A stretch of 64,000 bases of DNA from Owenia fusiformis (lineage: Eukaryota). The position numbers were made by a program, and so were the translations under genes. The stretch covers positions 23,002,001 through 23,066,000 of the forward strand of contig CAIIXF020000001.1 of the NCBI GenBank assembly GCA_903813345.2, written 5' to 3'. The notes beneath the pieces were generated by a model. That model worked only from the letters and a program-made list of their open reading frames with translations, made no database searches and was not told where the DNA came from. Positions 56,496 to 64,000 of the stretch are shown here, piece by piece (within the stretch, counting starts at the first letter, position 1; each line of letters begins with the position of its first letter).

Positions 56496-57968
56496 GTTTC
56501 TTTCAATCTTCCCAAATGAGATTCCACCTGAGATCCTCATTGCCTACTCGGGTTGGATCTAATTTCGTAATTCAATTTGCAGAGCCACTATTGACAGTGA
56601 AGCCAGGATGAGCAACAAATACACAGGTTTAGTCAAAGTATTATTAATTTGTTTAATCAGGCATGATATATATCATTTGGACGTTTTTTATTGGCTTCAT
56701 CACTCACCAATCCTAATTACTTACGGGGATGGAGCTTAAGTGCAAACAGGATTGCCAATATATGAGACTCCGTTTGGTATAGCAGCTAGAACATGTAGGA
56801 ATGACTTTACAGTATGTTCCTTGAGCACTAGTTTCTGCTTTACATTAAGCATAAATTCTTCAAAGAAAAGGTCTACGATGTATGTCCCAATTGAATCTTT
56901 TTCTCATCCCAATCAATTTAAAAAATATTGAATTAGAATAAAAATGACAGTAATAAGTATAATTGAGCAATCAATGAATTCATAATAACGCTAAGAGTTT
57001 TCCAGAACATTATTTTATTTCTTGTGATAACTGAATACAGAAGCTAAAGGGGTTTATATGACCAAAAATTATGAATTAAACTGAACATTCCGTCGCCATG
57101 TAAGGCAAACTGTTACAAAATCAATTCCTGGCTGCAGTGAACACCTACCAATACTGAACGTTTTTTCTTGACAAAAATGTTCAATATACACAGGTTTTTC
57201 AGAGTTTCAACGATGTTTAATATATATCCATCTCAGGTTAGTTGTTTGTGGAAAAAAAGTATTTTTAATCCTTTTTCTACACAAGCCCCCATACAGGTAC
57301 ATTGATTCTTGTCAAAATTATAAGAGAAATTGAGACTTTTTATCAGCACGGATTGGTTTGGAGTGGTTTTATATTCACAAATAGGTCGAATGTCAAATGG
57401 TTAGTGTTGACCTAGTTTTGATCATTTAACCTTTGAAATCCTTGCAAAGAAAATTACTAGCGAAAGCATTAAATTAGTGATACTGTACAGAATCCCATGA
57501 TTCAATAAATTGTGGATGATTTAATCCACCTATCTCTTGTATCCTAGACTCATTCCATCCTCCTCAGCATGTGTCCAGAATCCGTCCAAAGGAGAGGAAA
57601 AAGATATTCTGAATTTGGAGCCCTGTGCTCCGAGGATGCACTCATTCAGTCCAGAAAGACTTTTGTAGCTACCCCGTAAATCATCCTACGATTGAGTCCT
57701 TGGGCTTTAAGGATGAATTGAGCCACAAATTATACCTTTATATATCTAAACATGAGTCTGTTATATTTTCCTTGAACACACTCCTTTTGAAGCCAGCAAT
57801 GAACTTATATTGAAAAACAACAAACTTACAAGACATCTTATTTTATTAATCATTTTTATATTCTTGTGAAAATTACATGATTTGTATAACATCAGCTACT
57901 AACAGTAATAATTGGCACCAATGCATATCATACTATATAAATACTATAATTACTACTATATAAGGGTT

Positions 57969-59673
57969 TCAAGAAGTCTCACCAAATGTTATGGCTGGTT
58001 CTGGATTAGCAATCTGTTCACGGAGATCTTTAGCTTTTTGAGAATATAACTTTGATTTTTCCTGATCTTTTTCTACACCATGTCCATTCTTATACATCAT
58101 GCTAATATTAATACAGGCTGGTATATGACCTAAATCACATGCTTGTTTTGAATACTTAAAACCCTCCTTGAAATTCTGAGGCAGTCCCTCTTTACCAACA
58201 ATGTAGTACGAACCTAAGTAATAGCAACTCTCAGATAGATCATTATCGCATGCAACTTTATACAATTCAGCAGCTTTTTCATATTCTCGCTTGTCTGTTG
58301 CTTTCCCTGAGGCTAGGATTTGGGCAGCATTATGACAGGCTGGCCAATATTTGCTGTCACATCCTGTTTTGTAACTTTCATAGGCAGCTTTGTCATCCTT
58401 TGTAACTCCACCTGAAACAGAAGGATCCTTACCATTTTAAAGTTCTAAACCAATATAAAGATGGCAGTATTGTAGATCAATAAGAAGTGAAGATACATAA
58501 ATAGGTTGATTGCTCTGCCATCTTTTTGAAACATTCAATCTCATGTAGTTAATAATTCTTCATTTCTACTGTACCTATTATTAAAAAATGAGTGGAACTA
58601 TAACATATGGCCCTGTTGCATAACTGCTTAATTCCCATTACTTAACCACACCAGCTGAAGAACCACACTTAGAGAATTATACATAGTTGCATCTTTATGA
58701 TCTCAAATGTACTATTCAAAGCAGATTGTTAACTTTAAATGTAATATCCATATAATCTGATGCTTTAAATTTTCTGACTAAATATTCAAAATGAATATAA
58801 CCGAAATAAAATAATTATCTCTCATTAAAAGATATATTCAAGTTGTTGAAAAGGGTATCAATCAAATTGGCAAGAACTTTCTTATAAGCTCACCTTTCCC
58901 TGTGGCAAGGTAGTTACCATATTTGTAACAACTATGGCCATATTGATGGTCCTCACAATTCACCTTGTACACTCTACAGGCCTTGGCTGCATCCTTCTTT
59001 ACTGCCTCTAGGAAATCTCCAAGTCTGTGGCACCCTGAAGGAATGTGGAGTGATAAGTTAGTATATGTCAGTAAAACCATAAACAGTCCTATAGTTGTAG
59101 CGAAGCACTTGATGTTTATACACAATGAATGTCAGTAAAACCTGTCTACAGTCTAATCCAAACACCAATGGGACGGCATGCCTGAAATGTTCAGATTAGC
59201 AGGTGTTCACAGTTCAAGGTTTCCTAAATTTGAAACAATGGGAGATAACAAAACTGAGAAAAAGAGATGTTAAGATTAGAGAGGTGTTCAGATATACTGT
59301 ACAGATTTTACTGTAGATAGACCAGTGAGAGTTGTACTTTAGTGTCATTGATGTATGGGATACTGAAATCTTTCCCAAATTCCAAACAGATATAGTGCTG
59401 CTGGAACCATGATGCTATAGAAGTAAGGCTGATTATTTATGAAAATCTGTCATTATGTGCTCTGCAGAAATTGAAAATTGAAAATTGAAATTGATGAGTA
59501 AACAAGTGACGTATTGAAATTTTGTTCCTTATTTCCACATTTTTAGCATGATTCCTTTTTCAAAATTTACCGTCTGATTTTTTTTCTCCAAAGCACTGAA
59601 ATCTGTATTCTATTCCCAGATTCTCCAGATATTCTTGAACTTCTTCTTCTGACCTTAGATCACCAGTTGCCAT
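57969..59673 (-). CDS. COA7: Cytochrome c oxidase assembly factor 7 homolog (Sel1-like repeats), 3 coding exons, 228 aa
   Basis: Exons 59673-59571, 59034-58894, 58411-57969 (687 nt): [49 protein letters not shown]...[26 protein letters not shown]. Confidence 0.93.
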
Positions 59674-62354
59674 AGTCTGTCAACCCTTTTTTAGAAAAGA
59701 AAAAATGTGCAACATTAATATTGTAATGTGTTATTTTCTTGATGTTTAATAAGAATACATACCCTCTGTACCCTGTACCCCCTGCCCTTCATACCCCCCA
59801 CCCATTGTATATTGTATACCCCCTGCATATGATGAATATCATTGGATTTCAAATGAGGAAGCCTATGAGAATATTAAGTAGCCCTACATATATAAAATTG
59901 TTCTTCCAAATAGCTCAGTGGTGGAGTAGATGACCTGTCTGGGAAAATGGACAGGGTATAAATTACCACTGTACCATACATGTAGGTAGCTATTTAGTCC
60001 AGTGCAGTGACAGTGTATATCCAGATGTATTTCTAATTAACATGTAATACTGCTTTTCCACCCGTATAGCTCAGCGGTAACAAAGGTACCTCTTACACAA
60101 TATTGCTCACCTTCATTGGTGGTAAACAAAATATAATACAATACAATATACTATACATATCCCATATGTAATTTATTAATTTAAACACTTATTTCATGGT
60201 CAGATGATATGATCGACTAATTCCCTGGAAAGTCCAAAATCTCTGCTAAGTGCTTTAGCAGATTACAGAGAAGATAGAAAGTAATATGACTGGTGACATC
60301 ATTGAAATCCTAGAAAAATGGTTGCACACTCAAGTTCAGAATTTGCAAGATTTTGTTTGGAATACACATGGGGTATGTAATCAAAAATAGGGACTGCTGA
60401 ATTTGCATCAAATGTCTGAGAACATCCTGTCCACTGATATGTTCATGGCCCGAGAACATGAATGAAATAAATTGTGTGAAATAAATTGAGTCCTCAAAGG
60501 TGACGCAGACTCGATTTTTTATACATGATCCCATGCCTACGGACATATTCCCTCAGCCCTGCAACCTATAAAACATTTCAGTGGATATCATGTTCTCTGT
60601 GTAAAATAGTTTGCAATGGCAGTCACTATTTCACTATTTGTATAACCAGTTTTTCTCTGATCTATTATCACCCACGAAAATAAATTTATAAATCCAAATC
60701 ATCCAGTTTATGCATTTACGATTCAAATCATTACGTGTAAATGATGAATGTATTGTTAAGTGTACCGTTTTATCTGGTTATAAAGTCAAACACACAGGTC
60801 TTCATGTAAATAATCTAAATTTGGAAATATGTTTCCGAAAATAAAGATTTTTTAAATTTCGACGGAAGTTGTCTCAGAACTCAAATTCTAAGAAACGAAA
60901 ACTCGATTAATTTAAATGATTATTTTTATTTTTAAAACACAAAAAATTAAAAAAGTAATTATACATATACTAATGAAGGTATTTTGCTGATTTTGTCACA
61001 TCATTTCAGTAAATAATAATCTTGATACAATAATTTAATCCATTATTTTCGTTTATAGTTTTGACATTTAGACTACATTATTTTGTCCAATCATATTAGG
61101 CCACGAAAATCAACGTGTTGTGATTTTATTTGATTGCTTTTATCAATCAAAGAACAGTTACTGAAGAAGCTTCCATAGAGACAAGACAATATGCAGTTCG
61201 GTTTCAGCATTTGTAAGTAGCCATGTTATTGTTTATCCAATTCAAATTTGCATTGTTTTGAATGCATAGAGACAGAGTCTAGTTCTTGTATGCAAAATTC
61301 AGCAAGAAACAAAACTGAACACAAAAAACAAATAAAAATAATTTGTGAGAACATCATTTTTTACAATTTATTGATATAGTTCCAGGGCAATTCGAAGAAC
61401 GTATTAGATGTCCGTGAATTTAGATCTGATCTATTTCTTTTTTTGGGATCTCCTCTGCTGCGTGAAAGCCATAAGTGGTTTGCGACTGCGAACTACTTTG
61501 CTTGATATCTCGAACCATTCAGGGCGTAGTCTGCAAATGTCAAGGGGCGTGATTTTTTTCGAGGTCTCCTCTGCCAAAGGCAGCGCAAAGTAGGAGCGTA
61601 GCGACTACTTTGCAGGAGACCTCGAACCATTGATCATGTTTGCTCCTGTAATTATTCACTTCTTCACCTCTTTAAAATGTGATTTCAATCAGTTGATCAA
61701 ATTTTAGGACTTTGACCTCAAATTCAAATATTAATATTTATAAGAGAAAATACAGACTCATTATTATATTTTTAAAAGTCTTTCAAATAAAGTGAAATGA
61801 AGCATAAATCAGCTAAAATTATGCAATGTCGTAAAATGGCGTGACTGGAATATGATGCAATCACCTGTGACGTCAGACACGTATTGCCGCATCAACAACT
61901 AAACAATCAATTAATATAGACTTCACTGATTGGTTTAAAGATTTTTCGCATCATTTGTGACGTCATAAACATGTTATCCAACCAACAACTAAACAAATAA
62001 CAAATAGGCATATAGGTTCGTTCAGAGCAACCATGGGCTTTCAATTAGATGAAAGCCCATGGTCATGGTGCAACGCTCTTGAATCAGTTATAAACAGGAT
62101 AATCAACAGATATATGAGAGGGTCAGGCATTTTTTTGACTTGGAGACCTCGACTCGAGGAGTTTGCTGCATTTTCTTGTTGGAATTGCATCAATGTGGGG
62201 GGGGGGTTCAGGGGTTCACCCCTAGAATATATTTAAATCGTTATTGTGCATTCTAAGCATTTCAAACTATAATTTGTTTTTTCAACAAATTTTACAACAT
62301 GGCTTTTTTCTTTTTATGTGGGGGGGGGGGGTAATCACACCCCTCCCCTGATTA

Positions 62355-62795
62355 TGCCCATGATGTTTGCCACTACAGTCTGTTACACTGCTTCAAAGGC
62401 AAGCAGTTGAACCTGAAAAATAAGATATCTATAGACTATTGTGCCATAATATATAGAAAAATATAGTGATATTGCACACAAATGACATTTGTATATTTCA
62501 GATTATTTAGTGTTTAGTGCAATAAGTCTGTGCCCTCTTGTAATTTGAGGTCTGTCCACCATGTTATTTTTTGAGAATTAACATGGTAGAGAAGCATCAA
62601 AATATAAGAGGTGACAGACTTCATGAGCCAATTTACAAGCAATCCAACATATACAAATGTCCTTCGTGTGCAATATGAATATATTTTTCTATATATTATT
62701 GCACAATATTATTTAGATTTCTTATATTTCAGGTTTAACTGCTTGCCTTTGAAGCAGTGTAACAGACTGTAGGGGCAATCTGTGCGATCATGGGC
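62355..62795. mobile_element. Palindromic MITE-like element
   Basis: 62373-62480 is the reverse complement of 62665-62771 (ctacagtctgttacactgcttcaaaggcaagcagtt... / ...aactgcttgcctttgaagcagtgtaacagactgtag). Confidence 0.75.
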
Positions 62796-64000
62796 TTTCA
62801 AACGAGGTACCATTTTTGTTTGCAGTACCCTGCTCTTTGGTTCTGATGTACAGTGAATTGATAAGGGTGACAGTGTATATAGAATTAGAGACAAGCAAGA
62901 CATTTTGATTTATTGTATGACCTTTATGCCCTAGATGATATGAAATAGTTTGCCAAAATAAAAGTCAGGGGAATAGTTGGACAATTATTGTAAACCATAA
63001 ATCCCTTTGAAAACATGAAGACAGGAAATCAATGTCATCCATAGAAGAATTTGTAATCCACTGGGTTCAGCCATTTGTTCACCTACATGGATAACATTTC
63101 CTCCATACTCTCTTGAGTATAAGATCATTGTCGCACCCCTCTCCCCACCCCCATTGTTTTTATCTTGTGAACTCAAATCTCAAAAGTTCAGCTAATTCAA
63201 AACTGCAGTATATTTTTATTTTTTACGAAGGCCCCATACCATAGACATGGGTGGAGCTCTTCATTATAAGTATTGTGTTTGGATCATTGACTTGACCTCC
63301 AGTACTGAGCTGGATTGGCTTTTGTAGAACATGGACATTTTTAGACTATTATTAGAGGAGGAGGATACTTTTTGGAAACTGGTGGGGAGGGGTCTAAACA
63401 TCAACGTATTTGTGCTTGATTTGTACTACCAGGGATCTAATTGGCCAGATATTTTTTGACCTGAAAAAGTGCAGAAATCAAACGTCCTATGGAGTAAGGT
63501 TGAATATACATGTATAATGAATAACGTGAGTGAAAATTCAAACTTAAAGAAGTGGAATGTATATCTCATCATTCACTAGGGTTAAATGTGATGGTGGGAA
63601 ATTTTGGATACCTTTGAAGATATAACTCAATAACAGGAAGCCATTTAAACCTAGAAACTTTCATTTAAAGTGGCCTTATCATAGCTTGCTGTTGATTCCA
63701 ATCATCATACAAACATCTGTCACTTGATGATCAAACAAACTATCAATTCACTTCAGATTTCACATAGACAAGCTTCCATATACATGTAGATTCATTTATT
63801 CTATGAACATAGAAGTATCAGCATTTTTAATTATTGAACAAGCAGTTGAGAGATTCTATGAGGCTAATTGCCTATTTTTGAAAATTAAAGTCAAATTGGG
63901 TTTTAATATTAGGGTCATACTCATATATAGAAAGTGATCAGACTGTCGTATTGAGAGAAAAATGTTCTATTGATTTGATGACATTGTTTTCTCAATACAG

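Overview
This is AT-rich, intron-rich eukaryotic genomic DNA from an invertebrate animal (probably a marine lophotrochozoan; inference from gene and repeat content). It holds five protein-coding genes. (1) A ~33 kb plus-strand gene (CDS 2043-34980, ~57 coding exons, ~2,800 aa by my manual exon reading) encodes a secreted protein: signal peptide - MAM - Thr-rich linker - 5x TSP1 - 10x (VWA-EGF), with no TM anchor. (2) A two-exon FAM167/AARD-like gene. (3) An intronless TMEM249 (CatSper-theta)-like gene starts 204 bp downstream of it, with X-box/CRE motifs in the gap. (4) A convergent 8-exon NIT-domain transmembrane guanylyl cyclase. (5) A COA7 gene with three coding exons. Introns and intergenic DNA carry many non-autonomous elements. 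These include a 2.5 kb TG..CA solo-LTR-like insertion with an ATAT TSD, three TSD-less Spy-type elements (one with a matching empty AAATTT site in the window), a LINE nested in a Harbinger-like MITE, a foldback element with an 8-bp TSD, and a minisatellite built from an exon end plus its splice donor. Exon models were read by eye and need RNA-seq confirmation. No prokaryotic systems, CRISPR arrays or intact RNA genes were seen.
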